Assembly: GCF_000142905.1 (NCBI RefSeq)
Contig: NW_013657619.1
Coordinates: 68,735 to 132,734 of the forward strand
Direction: 5' to 3'
DNA length: 64,000 nucleotides
From: Thecamonas trahens ATCC 50062
Taxonomy: Eukaryota; Protista; Apusomonadida
Both the position numbers and the translations under genes were made by a program. The notes beneath the pieces are model-generated. The model was not told the DNA's origin. It saw only the letters and a program-made list of their open reading frames with translations, and did no database searches. Numbering within the stretch: the stretch's first letter is position 1; the number at the start of each line of letters is the position of its first letter. This document shows positions 1-10,200 of the stretch, one piece after another.

Positions 1-1235
1 GCCGCATCGCTCGCGCCCACCGTCGCAGCCGCCGACGTCTCGAGCTGCGCCAGGTCGTCTGCGTCCGCGCCGACCGCGCCCGCCCGCGCCACAATGCTCG
101 CCACAAGCTCGCTCGCCGCTGCCACCAGGCTCTGCGCCGCCAGTGCGGGGTACGCCTTATTCGAGTTGCCAGTCACCGCCAGCGACCCACTCTCCAGCAT
201 CATCGGCGAGTCGCCGCACGCGTTGATCTCCACGCCCAGCGTCTTCATCGCAGCCTTGGCAGCATCGGCCACCGCGCCGTACACCTGCGGAATCTCCGCC
301 AGGCACGCTGCCGGGCTTCCGCCGGCCGCGTCGGCCGCGTCGCTCCGCGCCGCACGCGCCGCCGCGTATGCCTCCGAGTGCCACATCTCCGGCAGCGCAA
401 ATGTCCGCAGCACGTCCGCAATCTGCCGCTGGCCCTTGTGCGGCCGGCCCATGTGGACAAGCTCGTCAAACGGCTGGATCGGCCCGCCAAGCACCGCCCA
501 CGACACCGTCGACACCACTGCAGACTGCCCGACTAGCACCGCGAGCTTCGTCGCCGCAAGCACCGCGTACGCCGTCGTCGGCGCCGTCCCGCTCGTCAGC
601 GCAAGTGCCTCCTTGGCCGCCAGCGAGACTGGCTTGCATCCTGCAGCCTTGAACAGCTCCGGCGTCGCCGTCACAGGTTCGCCGCGCACAAGCACCCGCC
701 CGGCGCCCACCAGCGGCGCCATCGCCGCCGCCGTCCGCCCGGCCTCGCTCCCACTCAGCGGCACCGCAGGCACAATGCCGGCGTTGAACACCTTGATCGC
801 CGCCTGCACCAGCGACTTGCGCACCCCGGTCCCGCCGCTCAGCATGGCGTTGATCTTGAGCACAACCATCATCCGCGCAGCCTGCGGCGACGCGTACGCC
901 TCGGCACCCGCATCCTCCGGAAGCTCGGCGTACGCCTCCTCCACCATCGACTTGAACCAGTTGGTCGTCGCCATGTTGATCTCCTTCTTGCCAATGACCT
1001 CACCGACCGCCGACGCCCCGCCGCAGCCCGAGTTGACATCGGCCACCACCGCCTCCTTCTTCTTCAGCAGCTTCTCCATGGTCTTGCGCGAATCCGCCAC
1101 ACTTGACATCGCGCTCTTACTCGCCTTGATCGTCCCCTCCACATCACCAGCCACCGCCACCAGCTGATCCACCGCCAGCGCGCTGCCCGTCAGCTCGACC
1201 TCCATACCGACTTCCTCGCTTGGGCCTGCAGACAT
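1..1235 (-). CDS. Histidine ammonia-lyase (HAL/PAL)-like domain protein, catalytically degenerate; 3'-partial (runs off window start)
   Basis: Not in the ORF track because there is no stop in the window. Manual translation from ATG 1235 gives MSAGPSEEVGMEVELTGSALAVDQLVAVA...SRKTMEKLL...VADVNSGCGG...ARMMVVLKINAMLSGGTGVRKSLV...FNAGIVPAVPLSGS...LAAKEALALTSGT...RPHKGQRQIA...EIPQVYGAV...EINACGDSP...TGNS. These follow HAL motifs in order (LDGxSLT, YGxxTGFG, RxxMxLRxNxLxxGxSGVR, PxVPxxGS, KEGLALxNGT, RPHxGQ, PQVHGA, ExNSxxDNP, GGNFHG). Confidence 0.85.
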   Translation of the reverse strand, partial: MSAGPSEEVGMEVELTGSALAVDQLVAVAGDVEGTIKASKSAMSSVADSRKTMEKLLKKKEAVVADVNSGCGGASAVGEVIGKKEINMATTNWFKSMVEEAYAELPEDAGAEAYASPQAARMMVVLKINAMLSGGTGVRKSLVQAAIKVFNAGIVPAVPLSGSEAGRTAAAMAPLVGAGRVLVRGEPVTATPELFKAAGCKPVSLAAKEALALTSGTAPTTAYAVLAATKLAVLVGQSAVVSTVSWAVLGGPIQPFDELVHMGRPHKGQRQIADVLRTFALPEMWHSEAYAAARAARSDAADAAGGSPAACLAEIPQVYGAVADAAKAAMKTLGVEINACGDSPMMLESGSLAVTGNSNKAYPALAAQSLVAAASELVASIVARAGAVGADADDLAQLETSAAATVGASDA

Positions 1236-1671
1236 GACTGTGGGCGGGCAAGGGACAGGGGGGGGGGGGGGCATTGAGTGAGTGCGAGAGGAAAGAAGGG
1301 AGGGAGGGGGAGGGGGAGGGGGGGGAAGGGGGCAGAGGTGGGGGGCATACTACTTGTTGTTGTCTTGAGACGTGTGTGGGTCGTGGGTGAGGGAGTGAGT
1401 TCCAGCTGTGGTGTTGTGGGATGGGCGACTGGCGTTACGGCGAGCAACGATTGATATCGATTTCGAACAATGGTGCGATCGAACGGTCGAACGATCGAAC
1501 GATCGAATGAACGATGGTTGAACAATGTCATCTTCCAAGGGACACCAGAGCCTCAGTGGCTGGCGACAAAGCCAAGAACCATCGACACTGCAAGCACTTC
1601 AAGGAGAATGGCCATCTCAATACAGTATTGCCACCACCAGCACACAACACACAACATACAACACAACACAA

Positions 1672-1711
1672 CACATCACATCACATCACATCACATCACA
1701 TCACATCACAT
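1672..1711 (+). repeat. (CACAT)8 microsatellite in CA-rich intergenic DNA
   Basis: Directly visible tandem pentamer. It explains the His/Thr-rich junk ORFs at 1470-1914. Confidence 0.9.
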
Positions 1712-2010
1712 CATACCACCATCATCACATCATACCACCATCAACACACAGCACACAACACACACCTCATCACACACCTCCGCACGCCCATGACCAAACA
1801 ACACATCCCACACCATCTGCATCATCATCACCCCTCTCCCACCAACATCGCCCAATCACCCCAATCCGCAAAAACAAAAAATTGTTCCACACACGAGTCT
1901 TGACCAGCTGTTGACCAGATGCCGCTAAGAGCAATATCTGCCAAACGCAACACTCGACTCAACCTCCCCCCCCCCCCCCCCCCCTCCACACACACACACG
2001 CCACGCTGTC

Positions 2011-5000
2011 ATGCCGTGGCCACGGCCTCATTGCTGCATCCTTGCCATACTTCTATTAGTATGCGTGCTTGCCCCGCTGCCTGTGGCGCCGGCCGTGGCA
2101 ACATGCTCGACGGCATGGCCCGGAACGTCGACCCTTCTCACGATCACCCACGTCCAGGCCAACGCCTTTGTCTACCACCTCCCGGACTCGCTCTCGGCCG
2201 CCAACCTCTGCGGCGTCACCCTCCGCTTCTCGACATTCCCTACAGGCGTCACGTATGCGCTCTACTCGGCCAGCTCGGACACACCGGCCGACTTTACCAA
2301 AATCGTTGCGGACACTTCGCCGATCTCGGTCGACGCGCTCGGTGGTGACGAGTACGACCTTGTCCTCGCCGAGCGCCTACCGCTAGTCGCAGGCACCCAC
2401 TACGCCCTCGCCGTCGCCTCCGCTTCCACAGGCTCTCCGTATGCTGAGTCCATCGCCCTGCCGGCGGTAGCTTGCAGCGGTGGCATCTCGTACACGCGAT
2501 CGTTCTCGGGCGCCGGCCTCTCGCCACCGGCCTCGCTCGCCTCGCTCGGCACCTCGACCTCGGAGCTGATGGGCGGATCGCTGACGATCTGCCCCTCGTG
2601 TCCTACCCCGCAGCCGCCGGTTGGTGGCTCGGTCTCAATTACCTCGTCTGTCGCAGGCGGCGCCCGGGTCTCGCCCGGCGACGTCGTCACCTACGCCTGT
2701 GATGCGCCCAACAACCCAGTCGGCAGCCTCACCGCCACATGCCTCTCCGATGGGACATACGACACAGCTGCGCCAACATGCGTCCCACCTTCACCGCCAC
2801 CGCCTCCGTCTCCGCCTCCTCCTTCGCCTTCCCCTCCACCATCCCCACCTCCGTTCCCTCCTCCACCACCGCCGCCCTCGCCGCCGCCACCATCTCCTCC
2901 TCCCCCTCCATCCCCGCCACCACCGCCCTCGCCGCCACCACCATCGCCTCCTCCCCCTCCATCGCCTCCTCCGCCGCCTCCTCCCCCTCCATCGCCTCCT
3001 CCGCCGCCTTCGCCGCCGCCGCCCCGCGCGCCCGGCCCGATCATAACCGCCCTCATCGCTGACGATCCTGACAACGCTGACGAAGTTGTCTCTGCCGGCG
3101 ACACACTCACACTTTCCTTTTCCTCGCCCACCAATACCCCTCACCTGCCGACCGCCACCGAGCTCGATGCCGCTTTCGTGCTCGCCTTCACCGCTGCCGA
3201 TCTGGCGAGTCCGGTCGCGCTCTCGGTCGCGCTCTCGCCGTCGCTCTCCGGCGCGTGGTCTGCCGACGGCAAGCTCCTGACCATTACCCTCGGCACGCCA
3301 TCCGCCTCGGCGCAGCAGCTCCGCATCGGCTCCACCATCGTTGTGCCGACCGGCGCCGTGGCCATTACCACTGCCACCGGCTGGTCGCTTCCCGCCACTA
3401 GCCCGTCGGCAAAGCTCTCGGGCACCTGGGGCTCGCTCGCATCGACGCTCATGCTCATCAACGACGCTACCGGTGCCATCACTCGCCTCTCTCCGTCGTC
3501 GGTTTTCGATGCTGGAGAACTAGTCGAGGGCGATGCCCTCTCCGTCCTTGCCCAGCTCTCCAAGCCGCCATCCTCAGCAGTTGCCATCGACCTCAGCTTT
3601 GCCGACGGCAGCAATTCGCCAATCGAGCCTGGCCGTCCCGCCCACCTCACTCTTACCTCACCGACCGCCGCACCAAATCCGGCTGCCGCGCTCCGGCTCG
3701 TTTTCGACGCCTTTAACTGGAACGTTTTTCAGAGAATCGAGATCCGGAGCCTCGCCGACTCCTACGCCTCGGAGGATCCTGCCGCAGTTGTTGTCGCCCT
3801 GACACCAGCGCCGAGCTCCGATGCCAGCTTTGTGGCTGCCTTTGCCGGCGCCCGCCTCACCGCCGTCGTTGTTGATGCAACGCCGGAAGGTCTCTCGCTT
3901 GCGCCGCACACCCTGCCCTTTCCCATTCCGCCCGTCTTTCTCTCCGACGAGTCATCGGTTGCGCCCGGCACGACTCTCATCACAGAGGCGGGCCACGTCT
4001 CATGCTCAGCCATTGCGCTGCAGTCGACGCCGTGGCTCGCAGGCGCGGGCGCCGATGCGCGCCCCGCAACTGTCCGGGTCTCCCTCAAAACGCCCACTAC
4101 TCGTCTCCGCCTTGTCCGCGGCGCTTGGGATGTCACCGCTCACATCCCGCCACTCCGCATCACCCAGGCGACTCCGGTCGGACTTGCGCTCCGCGCTACT
4201 CTCGACGTTGACTTTGATGCTTCCAACTGGAACCTGCCGCAGCCGTTTTGTGTCGTCGCGATCACAGACGACGAGCCAGATAACTCGGCTAATGTTGCTG
4301 TCACGTACGCCATCGCTGGCTCGGGAACCAGGTCGACGCCGTTTGCGCCAGCTATCAACGCCCTCCCGCCGTCGCAGATCCGAATCGTCTCGGCGTCTTG
4401 GCCGCTGGTAACCGGAACCCGTCCGCGGGTGGCAGCCATGGCTGGCTCGATGGTCACTCTTCTTGGCCGCAACCTCGGCCTCAACCTCGACCTGGACATC
4501 GCCTCACAATTGGCCCCCGTTGACCGCTCCAACGTCACCATGCTCTCGCCAAGTTCCGAGCTGCAGCTCCTGACGGCGCCGGTCGAGTCCAAAGGCTATC
4601 TCGCTGTTACAGTCACTGAGCCCACGACTCGCCTCTTTGCAATCTATTCGGACCTGTTCTTTACTGATGATTGCCCGTACGAGGGCCAGTTTGGCCGCGG
4701 AACCGCATGTGGTCCCTGTCCGATCGGCGCCATTTGCCCCGGTGGCTACCGGCTCTGGCCGCAGCCGGGCTACTGGACCGAGGCTGAGGACGCCGGCTAC
4801 GTAGCGGCGTGTGCATCACCGGCATCTGAACGGTGCGCTGGTGGCAAGGCATCCGGGTGCGGAAGTGGCTACCGTGGGCGGATGTGCGCCCAGTGCGATG
4901 TTGGCTACTACCAGCTCGGCTCACGATGCGTGGCGTGCTCCGACTCCAAGGTCGTTTTCGTCACCCTCATCCTCACCAACGTGGTCTTTGGCCTCCTCTT

Positions 5001-7029
5001 CCTCGCCGCCGTGGTTCTGCTCTCGGATGCGTACCTCAACGTGGCGACCCAGCTGCTGCTCGCGGTGGTCATGGTGTACTCGGTGGCCAAGACCAATGCG
5101 GGTGCGATGGACGGCTTCCTTGCCGAGGCCTACCAACTGCTCTCGATCGTGGCCATGGACCTCCGGTTTGTGCGGCCGGGGTGCGAGACCATCCCAGGCT
5201 CGTACCTAGCGCTCTTCTACGGTGCGGTCTCGATGTGCGCCGCCATGGCTCTCTTGGTCGTGGCCACGCTGGCAATGCTGCTGCGACTTCGACGCTCCGC
5301 CGCCACTTTTTACGCCGATCGCCTCCCACGCGCGCTTCTCATCTTTAGCACCATGGTCTACATCACGCTGACGACCACCTTTCTCGAGGCCCTGTTCTGT
5401 GTCCCGGGCGCTGGGGGCGACCGAGTCGTGGCCGCCGCCCGCGACATGGTCTGCCTCAAAGGCTCGCACCGCCCAATGTTTGTTCTTGCTCTCATTGGCG
5501 TCATAGCATACGCCGCTGGCTTTCCGCTGCTCGTTATGTACAAGCTGCGATCGTTTGCGGCAAGCGGTCTGGTATCCAACGTCGACGACGAGGCGCATGC
5601 CCGAGTCCGCGCCCGCTACGGCTACCTCTTTGAGCAGTATACCGAGTCGATGTACTGGTGGATCCTGGCTCAGCTGGCTCTCTTTGGCTCCATCGCTCTA
5701 GCCAACGTCTTCCTCCGTGACTTTGAGTGGATCCAGGCCTGCATCTCGGCATCCGCTCTCTTTGCTGTCGCCATCCTAGCCCTCGTCCTCCGTCCGGCAA
5801 AAGTCGCGTGGAAGAACGGAGTCACCGCTGGCACCTACTTGACTGGTGCCTTTTCGACCATGAGCAACCAGATTGTAGCCAGTTCGCTCGTCTCGCGCTC
5901 GCTGGGTTTGACCCTGTCGCGGGTGGTGTTCTTCATCGCGCTCTCGGCCATGCTAGCTGGCTTTGCCTGGGCAGGTTTGACCGCTGTTCGTGGCCTTCGC
6001 CGTCGCTCAAAGGTGGTGGCGCTGTCCCAATCGCATCTGGCGGCGCCGACCGTGGCTCCGTCGTCATCATCAGCGTCGACGGCGTCGTCCGACTCGCGGC
6101 CGCCTGCCGACATTCTCGACGCCGCCCGTCTGGAGTTCCAGGCCTCCCAGGACTTGCGCGCCTCGGCCTCGCTTGTCATTGCATCGATTTCGCGAAGCCT
6201 GAACTCACACCAGCTGCCAGCGGTGGTAGACCGCAGTATCTCTGACTTTAAGCCGATGAGCTCGTCGACGTCGTCAACTTCGTCTGCGATCTCGTCGTCG
6301 TCGTCCGTGTCGTCGTCGGCAGCGGCTGCACCAGTGCCTGCTGACTTGCTTGAGGAACAAGGCTCATGTGCTCCGCTCCCGTTTCTGGCGCAGCAGCAGT
6401 CGAGCGGCCTAGTCGCACCGCCCACGGCGATGAGCCCGCGTAGCCGGATCAGTCCGCGCTCACCACGCAGCAAGCCGTTCAAGCGCGCGCTGACCATCGA
6501 CCTCACCTCGGATTTGCGGAAGACATCGCAGCGAGTGTCAAGCAGCATATCCGCGTCGCACATGGCGCCCGACACATGCCAGACGGCACGGCGACAGCGT
6601 CGCTCACGGCGCAACACCTCAGGCGCCGGCGGCGCTGGCACCAACTCTCTCCGCCAGTTGCGCTCGATCGATACAATGGCAACTAGGTCTCCATCGGGAC
6701 ACGTTGTGCTCTCCAGCCGACTGCACGTCCGCCAAATGTCCGTCGACGGAACGCACAGCGTCTTTATTCGAAAGTCGACGCTTGCGTCGGCAGCGGTGGG
6801 CGGAAGAACCAGTCCATCGCGCCTCAGAAGCCACCGATCCGAGTCACGCTCTGGCCTCGAACCGCAGCCCAGCTCGCACTCGCGCTCGCCAGCTCGCACC
6901 TCCAGCCGCACTCTGCGGCGATCGCCCACTGCATTCACCTCGACCTCGGCCAAGCCGCGCCCGATGTCGTTGTCGCATCGCAGAGAAAGCTCCGCCGATC
7001 GCCAGTTGACGCCGCGCTCGCGGTCGTAA
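2011..7029 (+). CDS. Large multi-pass surface protein/receptor (copy 1): signal peptide, Sushi/CCP domain, Ser-Pro(n) stalk, Ig/Calx-beta-like beta-sandwiches, IPT/TIG-like domain, Cys-rich segment, ~9 TM, Ser/Arg-rich tail
   Basis: 1672-aa ORF with a hydrophobic N-terminus. Sushi pattern CPTP...GDVVTYAC...ATCLSDGTYDTAAPTC; FDxxNWN motifs twice; CPIGAICPGG..WPQPGYW..C..GYRGRMCAQCDVGYY; about 9 hydrophobic helices including the RYGYLFEQYxxxxYWW motif. Confidence 0.9.
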   Translation: MPWPRPHCCILAILLLVCVLAPLPVAPAVATCSTAWPGTSTLLTITHVQANAFVYHLPDSLSAANLCGVTLRFSTFPTGVTYALYSASSDTPADFTKIVADTSPISVDALGGDEYDLVLAERLPLVAGTHYALAVASASTGSPYAESIALPAVACSGGISYTRSFSGAGLSPPASLASLGTSTSELMGGSLTICPSCPTPQPPVGGSVSITSSVAGGARVSPGDVVTYACDAPNNPVGSLTATCLSDGTYDTAAPTCVPPSPPPPPSPPPPSPSPPPSPPPFPPPPPPPSPPPPSPPPPPSPPPPPSPPPPSPPPPPSPPPPPPPPPSPPPPPSPPPPRAPGPIITALIADDPDNADEVVSAGDTLTLSFSSPTNTPHLPTATELDAAFVLAFTAADLASPVALSVALSPSLSGAWSADGKLLTITLGTPSASAQQLRIGSTIVVPTGAVAITTATGWSLPATSPSAKLSGTWGSLASTLMLINDATGAITRLSPSSVFDAGELVEGDALSVLAQLSKPPSSAVAIDLSFADGSNSPIEPGRPAHLTLTSPTAAPNPAAALRLVFDAFNWNVFQRIEIRSLADSYASEDPAAVVVALTPAPSSDASFVAAFAGARLTAVVVDATPEGLSLAPHTLPFPIPPVFLSDESSVAPGTTLITEAGHVSCSAIALQSTPWLAGAGADARPATVRVSLKTPTTRLRLVRGAWDVTAHIPPLRITQATPVGLALRATLDVDFDASNWNLPQPFCVVAITDDEPDNSANVAVTYAIAGSGTRSTPFAPAINALPPSQIRIVSASWPLVTGTRPRVAAMAGSMVTLLGRNLGLNLDLDIASQLAPVDRSNVTMLSPSSELQLLTAPVESKGYLAVTVTEPTTRLFAIYSDLFFTDDCPYEGQFGRGTACGPCPIGAICPGGYRLWPQPGYWTEAEDAGYVAACASPASERCAGGKASGCGSGYRGRMCAQCDVGYYQLGSRCVACSDSKVVFVTLILTNVVFGLLFLAAVVLLSDAYLNVATQLLLAVVMVYSVAKTNAGAMDGFLAEAYQLLSIVAMDLRFVRPGCETIPGSYLALFYGAVSMCAAMALLVVATLAMLLRLRRSAATFYADRLPRALLIFSTMVYITLTTTFLEALFCVPGAGGDRVVAAARDMVCLKGSHRPMFVLALIGVIAYAAGFPLLVMYKLRSFAASGLVSNVDDEAHARVRARYGYLFEQYTESMYWWILAQLALFGSIALANVFLRDFEWIQACISASALFAVAILALVLRPAKVAWKNGVTAGTYLTGAFSTMSNQIVASSLVSRSLGLTLSRVVFFIALSAMLAGFAWAGLTAVRGLRRRSKVVALSQSHLAAPTVAPSSSSASTASSDSRPPADILDAARLEFQASQDLRASASLVIASISRSLNSHQLPAVVDRSISDFKPMSSSTSSTSSAISSSSSVSSSAAAAPVPADLLEEQGSCAPLPFLAQQQSSGLVAPPTAMSPRSRISPRSPRSKPFKRALTIDLTSDLRKTSQRVSSSISASHMAPDTCQTARRQRRSRRNTSGAGGAGTNSLRQLRSIDTMATRSPSGHVVLSSRLHVRQMSVDGTHSVFIRKSTLASAAVGGRTSPSRLRSHRSESRSGLEPQPSSHSRSPARTSSRTLRRSPTAFTSTSAKPRPMSLSHRRESSADRQLTPRSRS
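2785..3025 (+). repeat. Low-complexity (SPPPP)n-coding repeat
   Basis: CCN/TCN-rich tandem sequence encoding about 80 residues of Ser-Pro3-7. Confidence 0.9.
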
Positions 7030-7261
7030 ACCTGCTCTGCTGCCTCCTACCCGTCGTGAAGGCGTTTGCCAAGTAGCGCGAAATGCCACCAATTTCGCCG
7101 CGTCCGGCAACCGGGACAGCAACGCCGCCACGCCACGCCACGCCACACCACGCCGGCCGAGGCCTCCACGCCGGCCTCCACACCCCCTACTCGCTGCAAG
7201 TGACTCTCCACGTCACTCGCCTCCCGCCCGCCCACGCCGTGCTACCTACCGTGGAGGGAGC

Positions 7262-10200
7262 ATGGCCGTGGCCTCCTTGCGCCCACTCTCGGCGCTGGTC
7301 AACTCCGTTGCAGCTGCCGGCCTCATGGTCGCCCTCGTGCTCGTCCTTGCCGCCCTCGCGCCTGCAAGCCATGGCGCAGCCGTTTGCACCGTGGATTGGG
7401 GCGGAACGGCCGATGCCGAGGCGATGACGGGTTTTTTGCATGCAAACGCTTTTTTCTATCACTCGCCGGACACCATGGCCAATGCCACGCTCTGCGGTGC
7501 CACACTCCGCTTCTCCTCACCGCCGTCGTCGGTCACCTACGCGCTCTACGCCGCGAGCTCGGACACGCCGGCGGCGTACACCAGAGTTTTTGCAGATACT
7601 ACCACAAGCTCGATCAATGCCATCGGCGGAGACGCCTATGAGGTCGAGCTTGTCCAGAAGCTGCCGTTGGTGGCGGAAAGTACTACGCGCTGGCGGTGAC
7701 GTCGTCGGAAACAGGCGTGATGTACCGCGAGCCGGCGGCGCTGCCGGCGCTCACCTGCGATGGTGGCATCTCGTACACCCGCTCGTTCTCGGCCTCGAGT
7801 ACCGTGCTCCCCTCATCCTTGGGTGCAGTCAACACGTCGACGGCCGAGATGATGGGCGGCTCGCTCACCATCTGCCCCTCGTGCCCGATGCCGCCGCACG
7901 TTCGCGGTGGAACCTTTTTCAGCTCGTCGTCGGTGGCGGGGGGCGAGCGAATGGCTCCAGGTGATACAGCGACGTACTGGTGTCTGCTCAGCCGGGCTGC
8001 CGGAATCAGCATAGTATGCCAGGGCGACGGGGCGTACGATCGCGAGCCGCCGATGTGTATCCGACCATCGCCGCCGCCGCCGGCATCGCCTCCGCCGCCA
8101 CCGCGGGCACCGGCGCCGACCATTGTCGCGCTCATCGCCCATGACCCCGACAACGCAGACGATGTGGTGTCGGCCGGCGATACGCTCACGCTGTTTTTTC
8201 ACAGCCGACCAACGCGCCGCCGCTGGCATCTGTCGCTGTCCTCGACGCGGCCTTTGCAGTTGTATACGCCGCTGACGAGCAGCCGTCAAACCCGGTCCCG
8301 CTCTCGGCCGCGCTCTCACCAGACCTAGTCGGCGTGTGGTCGTCCGATGGCACCGAGCTGGTCATCACGCTGGGCGAGCCTGTGGCGGGTGCGTCTCGCC
8401 TCCAGATCGGATCGACCACCGTGCTGCCGACCGGCTCGGTCCCGATCTACGACGCGTCCGGCTGGTCGTTCCCTGTGCTCAAGCCGTCGGCCAAGCTCTC
8501 CGGCTCGTGGGGGACAGAAGTGGCCAGCCTGATTGTCGTCGACGACACGGCAAGCTCCGTCCTCCCACTCACCAGCGGGGCAGAGGTCTCGCTTGGCGGG
8601 TTGCGCGAGGGCGAGACCGCGCCGCTGCTTGTGCAGCTCACCCGCGAGCCGGCTGCCGAGGTTGTCATCGCAGTCGCTCTTGCTGCCAGCGCCGATGTGC
8701 CAATCGAGCCTGGTCGCCCGCCGCATCTTGTGCTCTCGTCGCCAGCTGCACTCCCAGGATCGACGTCCCGAGCCATCCAGCTCCGCTTTGACGCCTCAAA
8801 CTGGAACGTTTTCCAGGAGCTAGCCCTGGTGGCGCCTGCCGATGCGTTTGCTGCCGAGGGCGCGGTGACCGTCAATGTTTTGTTCTCTTTTGCGCCGGAC
8901 TCTGATCCGGCGTTTTTGCGCTCGCTCGGGCCAGCGCCTGCTCCCGTCTCGGTCATTGTTCTTGACGTCACTCGCGACAGCCTCGACGTTACACCATTTG
9001 ATCTCGCAGTCCCGATCCGTCCATCTTTCCTTATCAACGAGCCACCAGTGGCGCCGGGTACTGCAGTCGTTACTGAAGCTGGGCATGTCTCGTGCTCGGC
9101 CATTGCGCTTCAGTCGCGTCCGTGGCTCAAGGGTGCGACTGTTGCGCACCCAGCGTCTGTCCGAGTTGTTGTCGAAACGTCGACGAGCCGGCTGCGGCTT
9201 GTCCGCGGAGTGTGGGACGGCGACACACACGTGCCACCACTCCGGATCACGTCGACACTGCCGGTTGGTCTTGACCATGCGCAGTCACGCAGCTTTGACT
9301 TTGGCCCGGAGACTTGGAGCGCTCCGCAGCACTTTTGCATTGCCGCTCTCTCTGACGACGTGTCGGCCAACTCGGCCGATGCAGCCGTGACCTTCCGCAT
9401 CGATGCGTCTGAAACGCGGTCGACGTCGTATCCGCCGTCGGCCGAGCCGCTGCTGTCATCGCCCGCCCGCATTGTTTCGGCGTCGTGGCCGCTTGTGACT
9501 GGCACTAGTCCACGCGTGGCGGCAATGGCCGGCTCTGTGGTCACGCTGCTCGGGCGGAACCTGGCGAGAGACCTCTCGGTCAATGTTGCTTCGCAGCTCA
9601 CGCCTGTCGACGGTGCGTCGATGACGGTCTCCGAGTCCGGGACCGAGCTCAGGCTCATGCTGCCGCGGGTGATGGCCAAGGGCTATCTCACGGTGACGGT
9701 TGCCGAGACGGCGACGGGTATGGAGGCGACGTACACCGAGTTGTTTTTTACTGATGATTGCCCATACGAGGGCCATTTTGGCCGCGGTGTCGCATGTAGG
9801 CCTTGTCCGATCGGCGCCATCTGCCCCGGCGGCTACCGGCTCTGGCCGCGTCCTGGCTACTGGACCGAGGCCGAGTATGCCGGCTATGTGGCGGCATGCG
9901 GAGCGCCGGCGTCAGAGCGATGTGTGGGTGGCAAGGCATCCGGGTGCGGAAGCGGCTACCGCGGGCGGATGTGTGCCGAGTGTGATGTCGGCTACTATCA
10001 GCTGGGCACGCGGTGTGTGCCGTGCTCGAACTCGAGGGTGCTGTCGGGAGTGCTCATTGCGGCCAATGTGGTCTTTGTCGTGCTTCTCCTTGCCGCGATG
10101 GTCATGCTCTCGGACACCCATCTGAACTATGCGGCCCAGGCGCTGCTCGCGATGGTCCTAGTGTACTCGGTGGCCAACGCCAACGCCGGCGCGGTGGCGC

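Noticed and set aside
94-1167. 357-aa + strand ORF
   Set aside because: It is the antisense shadow of the HAL-like gene on the - strand. It has an Ala/Ser/Thr-rich composition and no motifs.
1190-2031. His/Thr-rich short ORFs and GATCGAAC-like repeats
   Set aside because: These are translations of intergenic microsatellites. The repeats lack unique spacers, so this is not a CRISPR array.
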